From contig CAXWPL010000002.1 in NCBI GenBank assembly GCA_963666215.2, forward strand, positions 96,001 through 160,000: DNA of 64,000 nt, written 5' to 3'. The notes under the pieces are model-generated. The model was given only the letters and a program-made list of their open reading frames with translations. It made no database searches and had not been told where the DNA came from. The stretch's first letter is position 1; every line of letters begins with the position of its first letter. The position numbers and the translations under genes are program-made. This DNA is from Acidobacteriota bacterium. GTDB lineage: Bacteria > Acidobacteriota > UBA890 > WLXD01. Of the stretch, positions 9,979 to 19,504 are shown one piece after another.

Positions 9979-11535
9979 TTGGACCCGTCGCGTTCGCTGA
10001 TTCTGTTCGCCATCTTCCTGCGCATCGCGGGAGCCGGCGGACGTGCGCTCGCCGGCGCTCGTGCCACCGCCTGGCTTGACGACGGCAGCGAGAAGGCCGC
10101 CGCGGACTTGTCTGGCGCGACGGGTGGGCTGAGCTGGGGCAATACGCTCACCCAGGGGTTGCTGCTGGCCGGCTGGTTCCAAATTGCCGCCGGTGGATGG
10201 GCCGCGGCGGCGAGCGCCGGCGCTTGGTCGCCGCTGTGGCTGGCGCTGCTGATAGCGCTCGGTGTGGCGTTGTTGAACCGCTGGCTCGGACTCCAAGCTC
10301 GCCCGTGGGCTCGTCTTCCCTTGTGGCTGCTTGCCGACATTTCGATGCTCATGGCCGCCTGCGCAATATCGGCCCCGGCGGTCGACCTGTGGGCGGGAGA
10401 CACGCCGACCCGAGTGGCTATTCCCTACCTGTTGGCGGGCTCTGTTGCCGACCTTGTGCTCGCGCGCGTGCCGCGTGCGCTGGCCACCGCGGCGCTCGTG
10501 GCACCTCTTCTTGTGCGGCTGGCCAACCCATTGCTGGGCGACAATCGGCCGGTGATCGTCAACTTCTTTGGCGACCTGTTCCTCGAGAAGCCGGCGCTCG
10601 ACCTGGGGCTCGCGGTGCGCCGCCGCGGCCAAATGATCAAGCTGGAGAGCGGCGTCGTGGGCTGGATGGAGCGTCCGGCCCAGGCGGGCCCGGCTCCGGC
10701 CGCGCTGTTTTTCCATGGCGCCGATCGCGACGGGGCGATGCAACCCGCGGCGGCAATTATCCGCCGAGGACTGGTCGAGGCCGGGTTCGTCGTCCTCAGC
10801 CTTGATCACCCGGGATTCGGCCGCAGCCCCAGGGTGGCGTACGACGCGCCCATGAGCGCCTGGGACGATCTGACGTCGGCCGTCGAGGCGTACGGACGCC
10901 TACGCGCTATTCGCAGAACGCGCGAGATCGTGGTGGTTGGCCATTCCATGGGGACCACCGAGGCGTTGAGGCTGGTGGCCCAGGCTCCCGAGCTCGGACT
11001 CGATCTGGCGGGAGCTGTGCTGTTCGGTGCCGGGCCGTTTCCTCCGTCGCGCCAGGACGAGTTCTATTACGTACGTTTCAACGCCGACCGCAGCATGCCC
11101 AATTGGGTTGATCGCGAGGGAACGCTCGCGATTCGCCGGCGCTACTACAACAACAGCCGCGCGGCGCGCGACCTGCCACGCGACCATCTTCCGGTGATCT
11201 TCACGATGTTCCACGAGGATTTTGTCGATCAGCTCGGCAGTCGTCTGCGCCTGTACCGGTCGATCCCCGGACGCAAGACCGTGTGGGAGATCCCTTCGTC
11301 GCACTACTTCGATGCTTTCGTCTACGACAACTTCATCTTCGGAGGCACAGCGCCCACGCGCATTGTCGCGAGGCTCTTCGAAGGCGTGTTGGAGCAGCTC
11401 CTCGACCTCGCGGCCAGTCCACTTTCGGAGTCGTCTTCTCAGCCCTCGCCTTCTCCCGTTAGGCCCGAGGGCTCAGAGTCGGGTGACCCCGAAGCGGGCA
11501 GCGGAGCCGCGGAAAGCGCCGAGCATGCTGAATAG
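9979..11535 (+). CDS. Membrane-anchored alpha/beta hydrolase
   Basis: Several N-terminal TM segments; FFHG, LDHPGFGRS and GHSMG nucleophile elbow. Start uncertain. Confidence 0.7.
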   Translation: MDPSRSLILFAIFLRIAGAGGRALAGARATAWLDDGSEKAAADLSGATGGLSWGNTLTQGLLLAGWFQIAAGGWAAAASAGAWSPLWLALLIALGVALLNRWLGLQARPWARLPLWLLADISMLMAACAISAPAVDLWAGDTPTRVAIPYLLAGSVADLVLARVPRALATAALVAPLLVRLANPLLGDNRPVIVNFFGDLFLEKPALDLGLAVRRRGQMIKLESGVVGWMERPAQAGPAPAALFFHGADRDGAMQPAAAIIRRGLVEAGFVVLSLDHPGFGRSPRVAYDAPMSAWDDLTSAVEAYGRLRAIRRTREIVVVGHSMGTTEALRLVAQAPELGLDLAGAVLFGAGPFPPSRQDEFYYVRFNADRSMPNWVDREGTLAIRRRYYNNSRAARDLPRDHLPVIFTMFHEDFVDQLGSRLRLYRSIPGRKTVWEIPSSHYFDAFVYDNFIFGGTAPTRIVARLFEGVLEQLLDLAASPLSESSSQPSPSPVRPEGSESGDPEAGSGAAESAEHAE

Positions 11536-12445
11536 CGGCGCCTGCGGAGCGGCGAATCTCCTGGTTGACGCCCATGTCCATGTTCACCCTGTCTTCGAGC
11601 TCAGCGTGGTCCTCAACGGCGCTCGCGATAACTTCGAGGGCGCTGCGGCCGAGCTGGAACTCGACCCCGGAGAGAGCTGGCTCGGAGTGTTGCTGCTTAC
11701 CGAGGCCGCCGGTGCCGACCGCTTCGAGACGTTGGCCGAGCACTGCGACCGCGAAGGCAGTGCTCGGGTCGGCGGCTGGTGCCTGCGTCGAGTCGGGCCG
11801 TTGACGCTGCGGGCCGAGCCGTCGGCGGCGTCAATGGCTCCAGCGCACGTGGGCAAATCGGGCGCGGCACCTGCCCGTGCGCTGCTACTCGTTTCGGGAT
11901 ACCAGATCGCGACCCGCGACGGCCTCGAGGTTCTGGCTCTCGGCACACGAACCCGTACTGCCGATGGATTGCCGCTCGACGCCTCGATCGAGGCGGCCGG
12001 TGTTGCGGGCGCTCTTCCGGTCATCCCGTGGGGATTCGGCAAGTGGTCGGGCCGGCGCGGAGCGATCGTGGAGAAACTGCTATCGGGCCGCGACGCTGGC
12101 ACGATTTGGCTGGGCGACAACGGTGGCCGCTCCAAGCTGCTGCGCTCGCCACCTCTGTTCGGGCGCGCTGCCGAGCTCGGAATGCCGGTGCTGCGTGGTA
12201 GCGATCCGCTGCCGTTCAAGAGCCATGAGCGCCGCGCCGGCTCCTACGGCTTTCATCTGCGCGACGCACCGCTCGACGTACCGCATCCCACAAGCGACGC
12301 GCGCACTGACGATCCGATCATGCGGCTGTTCGAACAGCTGCGTGCTCGGGCCCAGCCGCGCGGCTTCGGGCGGCGCGCCGGTGTGCTGGCGTTCGCGCGC
12401 GATCAAGTAGCGATGCAGCTGCGCAAGCGGAGCGGCCGCCGATGA
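11525..12445 (+). CDS. PHP-like metal-dependent hypothetical protein
   Basis: DAHVHVH at the N-terminus, GSDPLP near the C-terminus, PWGFGKW. Confidence 0.6.
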   Translation: MLNSGACGAANLLVDAHVHVHPVFELSVVLNGARDNFEGAAAELELDPGESWLGVLLLTEAAGADRFETLAEHCDREGSARVGGWCLRRVGPLTLRAEPSAASMAPAHVGKSGAAPARALLLVSGYQIATRDGLEVLALGTRTRTADGLPLDASIEAAGVAGALPVIPWGFGKWSGRRGAIVEKLLSGRDAGTIWLGDNGGRSKLLRSPPLFGRAAELGMPVLRGSDPLPFKSHERRAGSYGFHLRDAPLDVPHPTSDARTDDPIMRLFEQLRARAQPRGFGRRAGVLAFARDQVAMQLRKRSGRR

Positions 12446-13830
12446 GGACCAGAGCGCTGGTTGTAGCTCCGCAGCCCTTCTTCACTCCGCGCGGTACCCC
12501 TTTCAGCGTCTACCACCGGGCCGCGGTGGCTTCCAAGCTAGGCGTTCAACTCGACCTGCTCACCTACGGCGAGGGCGAGGACGTCGATCTTCGCGACGTG
12601 CGTATCATCCGCATTCCGCGGCTGCGATTTCTAGAGCCCGTTCGGGTGGGTCCATCGTTCGCTAAGCTCGTGCTTGATTCGCTGATGATCTTGTGGACGC
12701 TGGGCCTGCTGCTTCGACACCGGTACGATTTCGTGCATGCGCACGAGGAGGCGGTGTTCTGGTGCCGGCCACTCAAGCCGCTTTTCCGCTTTCGAATGGT
12801 CTACGACATGCACTCGAGCTTGCCGCAGCAGTTGACGAATTTCTCGTTCACTCGCTCGAAGCTCTTGATTGCCGCGTTCGAGCGACTGGAGAACAGCGCA
12901 CTGCGCGCCGCTGACGCCGTTCTGACGATTTCGCCCGAGCTCGCCAAACAAGCAGAGGCGGCGATGCCCGACAGCTCACGGCATTTGCTGATCGAGAACT
13001 CGATCTTCGATGACGTTCGAACCATCGCGACAGGGCGGACGAGCGAGGCCGCTACTCCCGCTACTCCCGCCACTCCCGCTACTCCCGACACGGCCGCCGC
13101 GTCCGTGCCCGGGCTGCTGTCAGGAAGGCGGCCGGTGATCGCCTACGTGGGCACGTTCGAGGCGTACCAGGGTCTGGAGATTCTGCTGGGCGCTTTTGCG
13201 GAGCTGCGCTCGAGATCTCCTGCACGAGCCGCCACCGACCGGGCGCCGCTACTGCTGCTCGTCGGCGGCCGCGACGACCAGGTTCAGGAAGCGCACGAGC
13301 AGGCCAGCGACCACGGACTGAGTGTGCGCGTGACGAGCGAGCTCGCGTTCGAGGCCCGCCCGGAGGTTGCAGCCAACCTCGACGCCGACGTGCTGCTCAC
13401 CGGCCGCGTCGCCCAACCTCTCGCCAAGGCCTACCTGCGGCGCGCATCGGTGGTCACCTCGCCGCGCTCGCGCGGCACGAACACGCCGCTCAAGGTTTAC
13501 GAGCTTCTGGCTCTGGGCAAGCCGATTGTGGCCACCCGGATCCTGTCGCATACCCAGGTCCTGGACGACGGCGTCTGCATCCTCGTCGAGCCCGATGCCG
13601 AGTCGATGGCCGACGGGCTCGAGCTCGCCTTGCGAGGCGGCGAGCGGGTGGAGGCTCGTGTCGACGCTGCCAAGGCTCTGTACGAGCGGCGCTATTCGCG
13701 GGCCGCCTACGAGTTGAAGATGCGTCGGATGCTGGAGGTTCTCGGGTTCGACGACTTCGCGGAAACCGATTCCGAGTCCGACTCTGGCGCTGATTCGTCC
13801 ACCCTCGTCGATCACCGGGGCGGCGGCTGA
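12442..13830 (+). CDS. Glycosyltransferase family 4
   Basis: YVGTFEAYQGLE, TPLKVYELLALGKPIVAT; ATGA overlap with the upstream gene. Confidence 0.88.
   Translation: MRTRALVVAPQPFFTPRGTPFSVYHRAAVASKLGVQLDLLTYGEGEDVDLRDVRIIRIPRLRFLEPVRVGPSFAKLVLDSLMILWTLGLLLRHRYDFVHAHEEAVFWCRPLKPLFRFRMVYDMHSSLPQQLTNFSFTRSKLLIAAFERLENSALRAADAVLTISPELAKQAEAAMPDSSRHLLIENSIFDDVRTIATGRTSEAATPATPATPATPDTAAASVPGLLSGRRPVIAYVGTFEAYQGLEILLGAFAELRSRSPARAATDRAPLLLLVGGRDDQVQEAHEQASDHGLSVRVTSELAFEARPEVAANLDADVLLTGRVAQPLAKAYLRRASVVTSPRSRGTNTPLKVYELLALGKPIVATRILSHTQVLDDGVCILVEPDAESMADGLELALRGGERVEARVDAAKALYERRYSRAAYELKMRRMLEVLGFDDFAETDSESDSGADSSTLVDHRGGG
13051..13088 (+). repeat. In-frame 9-bp tandem repeat encoding (ATP)x4
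   Basis: gctactccc gctactccc gccactccc gctactccc in the GT4 interdomain linker. Confidence 0.7.
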
Positions 13831-15755
13831 TGTGCGGTATTGCGGGCTTCGCCACGCGGCGTCGAGCCCACCCGGGCGATTTCGGGCCTGGCCCGGAGCT
13901 GCTGCGTGCGATGTGCGACACGCTGCAGCACCGCGGGCCGGACGACGACGGAATTGTCGTGCGGGATCAGGTGGGGCTCGGGATGCGCCGTCTCGCGATC
14001 ATCGATCTGGCGAGCGGCGCGCAGCCGATGTTCAACGACGATCGCTCCGTGGCGCTCGTACAGAACGGCGAGATCTACAACTACCGCGAGCTGCGAGCCG
14101 ACCTCGCGCGCAGAGGGCACCGCTTCGTCACCCAGTCCGATACCGAGGTGCTCATCCGTCTTTGGGAGGAGTACGGCGAAGATTTCCCCACGCACCTCAA
14201 CGGCATGTTCGCCATCGCTCTGCACGACGAGCGCGCTGCAAAGCTCGTGCTCGTGCGCGATCGGCTCGGAATCAAGCCGCTGTACGTGTACCTCGACGAA
14301 CAGCGGCTGGTGTTCGGGTCGGAGATCAAGGCCTTGCTGGCCTGCGATCACGTTCCGCGCGAGCTTGATCTCGACGCGCTTGGCGAATTCCTGGCCTGGG
14401 AGTATGTGCCGGCGCCGCGCACGCTGTTTCGCGGCATTCGCAAGATCGAGCCCGGAGCCATGCTCGTGCTCGACCTCAACGGCGGCGACGTACGCGAGCG
14501 AGTCTGGTGGGACCTTCCCGGGCTGGCGGAGGGGGCGCACGAGGTCGCATCGCGTAATGGCCTGCCGTCTTCGCCTGCCGAGTGGGAGGAGGCGATCGAC
14601 GCCCAGGTCGCTCGCAGCGTCAAGGCTCAGCTCGTAGCGGATGTGCCGGTGGGAGCCTTCCTGTCGGGCGGCGTCGACAGCTCGCTGGTGGTCGCCGGCA
14701 TGGGCGAGGAGGCGCTCACGTTCAGTATCGGATTCGACGATCCGAGCTACAACGAGCTCCAATGGTCGCACCAGGTGGCCGAGCATCTCGGCGTACGGCA
14801 CGAGACGGAGGTCCTGCGGCCCGACGTCGTGGCGCTGTTCGATCGCCTGATGAACCACATGGACGATCCGATAGGGGACTTCTCGATTTTCCCCACGTAT
14901 CTCGTGTCGCAGCTGGCCCGGCGCGACGTCAAGGTGGTGCTCACCGGCGACGGCGGCGACGAGATCTTCGGTGGCTACGATACCTACGTCGCTCAGCACT
15001 ACGCCCGAACGTGGGAGCGCATTCCTTCGTTTCTGCGCCGCGGCCTGCTGGAACCGGCACTCCGCGGCCTGCCGCCACGGCCGCAGAAAAAGGGTCTCGT
15101 GAACAAGACGCGGCGATTCGTCGAAGGCCTGGCCCTCGACCCGAGTGCCGGCCACGCCCGCTGGCGGGCCTTCGTTACGGGTGCCCTACGAGGAGAGCTC
15201 TTCGCCCCGGCGGCCCAGGAGGAGATGCGGACCGCGACCGAGGGGCACGTGCTGCAGCTCGCCGAGCGCGGCAGTGCGCTGCCGGCGGTCGATCGCGACC
15301 TGTACGTCGACATGAAGAGCTACTTGAGCGACAACTGTCTGGTGAAAATGGACCGCATGTCGATGGCCTGCTCACTCGAGGCACGCGTGCCTCTGCTCGA
15401 CCACGAGCTCGTCGAGCTGGCCTTCCGCATGCCATCGAGGTTGAAGGTCAAGGGCGGCGGCGTGGCCGGTACGAAGCCACTCTTGAAGAAGGTCGCGGCG
15501 CGCCATCTGCCGCACGACGCCGTGTACCGGCCCAAGGAAGGTTTCAGCATCCCACTCAAACAGTGGCTTGGGAACGAGTTCCGTGAGCTCATGGAAGCCG
15601 AGCTCGCGCCCTCGGTCATCGAGCGTGACGGCATCTTTCAAGCCAGCGTTGTCGAGCGCTTGAAGCGCGAGCACCTCGCCGGCCGGGCCAATCACAGTCA
15701 CGTGCTTTGGGGGCTCTTGGTTTTCCACGACTGGCGCCGACGTTGGAACGTGTGA
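13830..15755 (+). CDS. asnB: Asparagine synthase (glutamine-hydrolysing) family amidotransferase
   Basis: MCGIAG, HRGPD, NGEIYN, FLSGGVDSS, GDGGDEIFGGY, SLEARVPLLD. Confidence 0.93.
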   Translation: MCGIAGFATRRRAHPGDFGPGPELLRAMCDTLQHRGPDDDGIVVRDQVGLGMRRLAIIDLASGAQPMFNDDRSVALVQNGEIYNYRELRADLARRGHRFVTQSDTEVLIRLWEEYGEDFPTHLNGMFAIALHDERAAKLVLVRDRLGIKPLYVYLDEQRLVFGSEIKALLACDHVPRELDLDALGEFLAWEYVPAPRTLFRGIRKIEPGAMLVLDLNGGDVRERVWWDLPGLAEGAHEVASRNGLPSSPAEWEEAIDAQVARSVKAQLVADVPVGAFLSGGVDSSLVVAGMGEEALTFSIGFDDPSYNELQWSHQVAEHLGVRHETEVLRPDVVALFDRLMNHMDDPIGDFSIFPTYLVSQLARRDVKVVLTGDGGDEIFGGYDTYVAQHYARTWERIPSFLRRGLLEPALRGLPPRPQKKGLVNKTRRFVEGLALDPSAGHARWRAFVTGALRGELFAPAAQEEMRTATEGHVLQLAERGSALPAVDRDLYVDMKSYLSDNCLVKMDRMSMACSLEARVPLLDHELVELAFRMPSRLKVKGGGVAGTKPLLKKVAARHLPHDAVYRPKEGFSIPLKQWLGNEFRELMEAELAPSVIERDGIFQASVVERLKREHLAGRANHSHVLWGLLVFHDWRRRWNV

Positions 15756-17539
15756 GCGCCGCTGAAACGATGGGGCCGGAAGTCGCTGGTGTGGGGCGTC
15801 GTGCGATCGTGCGCGACCCGGCGGCGGCTGCTCGACAGGGCTACGACCTGATTGTTGTTGGTGGCGGCGTGTACGGCGTGATGTTGACGCTCGAAGCGGC
15901 GCGGCGTGGCCTGCGTCCGCTGCTTCTGGAGCGCGACGATTTCGGCGGTGCAACGAGCTGGAACAGCCTGCGCATCGTTCACGGTGGCCTCCGCTATCTA
16001 CAAACGCTCGACTTGCCGCGGTTCTTCGAGTCTGTGACCGAGCGGCGCTGGTTTCTGCGCACCTTTCCCGATTTGGTCACGCCGCTGGGCTGCTTGATGC
16101 CGCTCTATGGCGTCGATGGCACGAGTGGCGGAGGCCAATCGGTGATCGGCGTGGACCGTGAGACCGGCCGGAGTGGCGAGCGAGGTCGGAGGGCATCCGG
16201 GCTGCTGCGTAGTGGTCCGGTATTTCGCCTCGCGTTCGCGGCTAACGATCTGCTCTCCTGGCGTCGCAACGTCGGCGTGGACCGGCGAGCCTGGCTGCAG
16301 CGCGCGCGAGTCGTCGGCGCCGACGAGGCCACCGGGCTGGCACCGGAGCTCGAGGGCTCGGAGATCGTCGGCGGCGCGCTCTGGCACGACGCGGTCATGG
16401 TCGACTCACAGCGACTGCTGCTCGAAGCGCTGCGCTGGGCGGTGTCGGTGAGCGAGGGCGCGTGTTGCCTCAACTACGTCGAGGTGACCGAGCTGATCGC
16501 CGACGGCGGCCGAGCACGCGGCGTGAAGGCGATCGATCGGTCCACAGCCGCAGCGGATCGTGCGGATGGCGACGGCAAGGGGGGAAGCGAGCACGGCGCC
16601 GTCGTCCATGAATTCGAAGCGCCGCTGGTGATCAACGCGGCCGGCCCCTGGGCGCCGACGGTAGCCAGGCGCCTGACCGGATCGGCCTCCGAAGACCGGC
16701 TGTTCGAGCCGTCGCTTGCCTTCAATCTGTATCTCCGTCGCCCAACCGAGGCGCGCGTGGCGATCGCTGTTACGCCGCCGCGGCCGGGCGCCCCGACCTA
16801 CTTCCTGCACCCTTGGAAGGAGGGACTCTTCGCAGGAACGGTCCACGCGCCATGGCCTGCCGCTTCGGGCTCTATCTCCGGTTCGGCGTCTGGCTCCGGC
16901 GGCTGCGCCGGCGACGCAACCGCGGAGGATGGCCGACCGAAACGCCACAGCCCGGTCGTGCTCGATTTTCTGAACGACCTGAATTCCGCCTTGCCGGGGT
17001 TCAACGCCAGCGCCGCGCAGATTGCCGCGGTCACCTGGGGGCGCCTACCGGCCACGCAGCGCGGGTCGGCGAACCTGGCAGTGCGTCCGACGCTTGTCGA
17101 CCACCGAGACACGGGCGGCCCGAGGGGCCTCTACAGCATTGCCGGAGTGAAATTCACCACCGCGCGCGCGGTAGCGGCCCGCACTCTGGCCGAGTTGCCG
17201 TTGCCCTTGGCCCGTAAGGTGCGCTCGGGCGACGCCCCGCGGCCTCCCGTGGTCGCGATCCCGACACGCGCCGAGTTCGAGCGGCTTCTACAGCACGACA
17301 GCCCGGCGGCCGCGGATCTCGTCGCCAAGCTTGTCGCTGATGAAGCCGCGATTCACCTCGACGACATCATGCTGCGCCGCACCGATTGGGGGATTCTCGC
17401 CCCGGTGTTCGCGTCGGACCGCGAAAGCGACGATCAGCTGGCCGCCGGCGTGGCCCGACTCGCTGGCTGGGAGGGACCTCGACTCGTTGCCGAGCTTCGG
17501 CGCTACGCGGCGGCCCTGCGCCGCGTCCGGGGGGATTGA
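15752..17539 (+). CDS. FAD-dependent glycerol-3-phosphate dehydrogenase/oxidase-like protein
   Basis: VVGGGVYG, ATSWNSLRIVHGGLRYL, INAAGPW, GVKFTTAR, HLDDIMLRRT. Confidence 0.8.
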   Translation: MSAAETMGPEVAGVGRRAIVRDPAAAARQGYDLIVVGGGVYGVMLTLEAARRGLRPLLLERDDFGGATSWNSLRIVHGGLRYLQTLDLPRFFESVTERRWFLRTFPDLVTPLGCLMPLYGVDGTSGGGQSVIGVDRETGRSGERGRRASGLLRSGPVFRLAFAANDLLSWRRNVGVDRRAWLQRARVVGADEATGLAPELEGSEIVGGALWHDAVMVDSQRLLLEALRWAVSVSEGACCLNYVEVTELIADGGRARGVKAIDRSTAAADRADGDGKGGSEHGAVVHEFEAPLVINAAGPWAPTVARRLTGSASEDRLFEPSLAFNLYLRRPTEARVAIAVTPPRPGAPTYFLHPWKEGLFAGTVHAPWPAASGSISGSASGSGGCAGDATAEDGRPKRHSPVVLDFLNDLNSALPGFNASAAQIAAVTWGRLPATQRGSANLAVRPTLVDHRDTGGPRGLYSIAGVKFTTARAVAARTLAELPLPLARKVRSGDAPRPPVVAIPTRAEFERLLQHDSPAAADLVAKLVADEAAIHLDDIMLRRTDWGILAPVFASDRESDDQLAAGVARLAGWEGPRLVAELRRYAAALRRVRGD

Positions 17540-17660
17540 CGAGAGTCGCCTCGCGCCGTTCGTCGGAGCGCCTGAGGAATGTTTCAACGGGTCGACGGCT
17601 GAGCCCAGGGAACCGGCGTCGAGCGACAATCCAGCCGGTCGCGATCCGGCCCCGTCGGGC

Positions 17661-19433
17661 CTAGTGCTCGGAGGGCTCGAGAGAGCTCTCGCGTGCCGCC
17701 TTGAATTCGTTGCCCGGTCTCCACGTCGGCCAGACATCGGTCTGCGCGATGGCGAAGCCCACCTGGAACAGCGCGCGGATGTCCTGCTCGGCGCCCGAGA
17801 AGTCCCACGTCGGATCGAACTCGTCGCTCGGCTGGTGGTAGTTGAGCAGGTTGTACTGCTCACGAACGAGCTCCGAGTAGTTTTCCGGCTGGCCGATAAA
17901 GTGCACGCCGGCGTCGGCGTAGAGGGCGGGCACGCCGACCTTGGCAAACGGGAAGTGGTCGGAGCGGTAGAAGAACCCTTTTTCGGGCTCCGGATCGGGA
18001 GTCAGCGAGCGCCCGTCGGGTTCGATGGCGGCGAGCAGGATGTCGTCGAGCGTCGAGTTGCCAAGGCCCACAACGGTCACGTCCTCGGTGCGACCCCACA
18101 CATTGATGCCGTCGATATTGATCACCGCCAGGGTTTTTTCGAGAGGCACGAGCGGATGTGACGTGTAGTACTGCGCACCCAGAAGCCCCTGCTCTTCGAG
18201 CGTGGTTGCGATGAAGAGATGCGAGCGCCGCGTGCGAGCCTCGAGGGCACCGAACGCCTCCGCGAGCTCGAGAAGCGCGGCCACACCGCTGGCGTTGTCG
18301 AACGCGCCGTTGTAGATGCCGTCCTCACCCGCGTCGGCAAGATCTGTGTCTTCGCCCAGGTGATCCCAGTGCGCCGAATAGACCACGTACTCGTCGTCGA
18401 CCTCGCTTTCCGAGGCCGACCCCAGCTTGCCGACGACGTTGTGCGAGTTGATGCGTCGAATCTGGTTGTCGAGATGGACGGTCGCGGCGAAGCCGAGGGG
18501 CACCGGCGCGAAGTCAGGGCTCGAGGCGCTGGCAACCATATCGGCAAGGTTCATACCTGCCGAGGAGAACAGCTCGGCGGCTGTGCGCTGACTGATCCAG
18601 CCCTCGAACCGTGTCGGCGCCGGCTGGTCGGTGGGTGAGGGCAGGCTGAACTGCTCGCCGGTCCAGGAGGAGCGCACGACCTGCCATCCGTAGCCCGCCG
18701 CTTCGGTCTCGTGGATGATCAGCGCGCCGGCGGCGCCTTGCCGGGCGGCTTCCTCGTACTTGTAGGTCCAGCGACCGTAGTAGGTCATCGCCGCGTCACC
18801 GAACTTGCCGGCAACCGGCGGGTCGTTGACGAGAATCACCACGATGGCGCCACGCACGTCGGTCTTGAAATCGTTCCACGACTCGTTCGACGCGTCGACG
18901 CCGTAGCCGACAAACACGAGCGGTGCGGTGACATCGATGGCCGCTTCTTCATGCAGGCTCCAGACAACGTAGTCTTCGCCGAAGCTCAGCGGTTCGAGCT
19001 CGCCTCGACGCGCCGCCGGGGTCGAGCTCGGCACCTCCATGCGGACGGTCTCCGGATCGAGTGTGATGCCGTTGACCGGAACCCGCTGCAGATACGTGCC
19101 GTCGTCGCCAACCGGATCGAGCCCGAGCCGGCGGTATTCCGCTTCGAGATACTCCAGCGTCACGGGCTCGCCGCGTCCGGCTGGGCCTCGTCCGGCGAAT
19201 TCGTCGCCCGACAGCTCCTGCGTCCGACGGGCGAGGTCGGCGGCGGTGATCGTTGCCTCACCAACGGTTGAGTCGATCGTCACCGCACAGCCGAGCTGAG
19301 GCGCCAACCCGACCGCGATGACCAGTGCCAGGAGGAACAACCTCCACCCGGTAGAGCGGTTCCCGGCCCCGAGCGTGCGGCAGCGACGGATTTGCCCGGG
19401 ATCGGTTGCTGCGCATGGCGTGAAGGCTCGCAT
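17661..19433 (-). CDS. M28 family metallopeptidase with PA domain, probably exported
   Basis: FAGRGP, AMTYYGRWTYKYEEA, SAHWDHLG, NGAFDNASG, EEQGLLG, RSDHFPF, YHQPSD. Start uncertain. Confidence 0.9.
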   Translation of the reverse strand: MRAFTPCAATDPGQIRRCRTLGAGNRSTGWRLFLLALVIAVGLAPQLGCAVTIDSTVGEATITAADLARRTQELSGDEFAGRGPAGRGEPVTLEYLEAEYRRLGLDPVGDDGTYLQRVPVNGITLDPETVRMEVPSSTPAARRGELEPLSFGEDYVVWSLHEEAAIDVTAPLVFVGYGVDASNESWNDFKTDVRGAIVVILVNDPPVAGKFGDAAMTYYGRWTYKYEEAARQGAAGALIIHETEAAGYGWQVVRSSWTGEQFSLPSPTDQPAPTRFEGWISQRTAAELFSSAGMNLADMVASASSPDFAPVPLGFAATVHLDNQIRRINSHNVVGKLGSASESEVDDEYVVYSAHWDHLGEDTDLADAGEDGIYNGAFDNASGVAALLELAEAFGALEARTRRSHLFIATTLEEQGLLGAQYYTSHPLVPLEKTLAVINIDGINVWGRTEDVTVVGLGNSTLDDILLAAIEPDGRSLTPDPEPEKGFFYRSDHFPFAKVGVPALYADAGVHFIGQPENYSELVREQYNLLNYHQPSDEFDPTWDFSGAEQDIRALFQVGFAIAQTDVWPTWRPGNEFKAARESSLEPSEH

Positions 19434-19504
19434 CACTGGGGTCATCGAGGTCATCCTCATGAGTGTCGAATTGGGCTGGATGGGGCTAACCGAGAGCTTG
19501 CACC

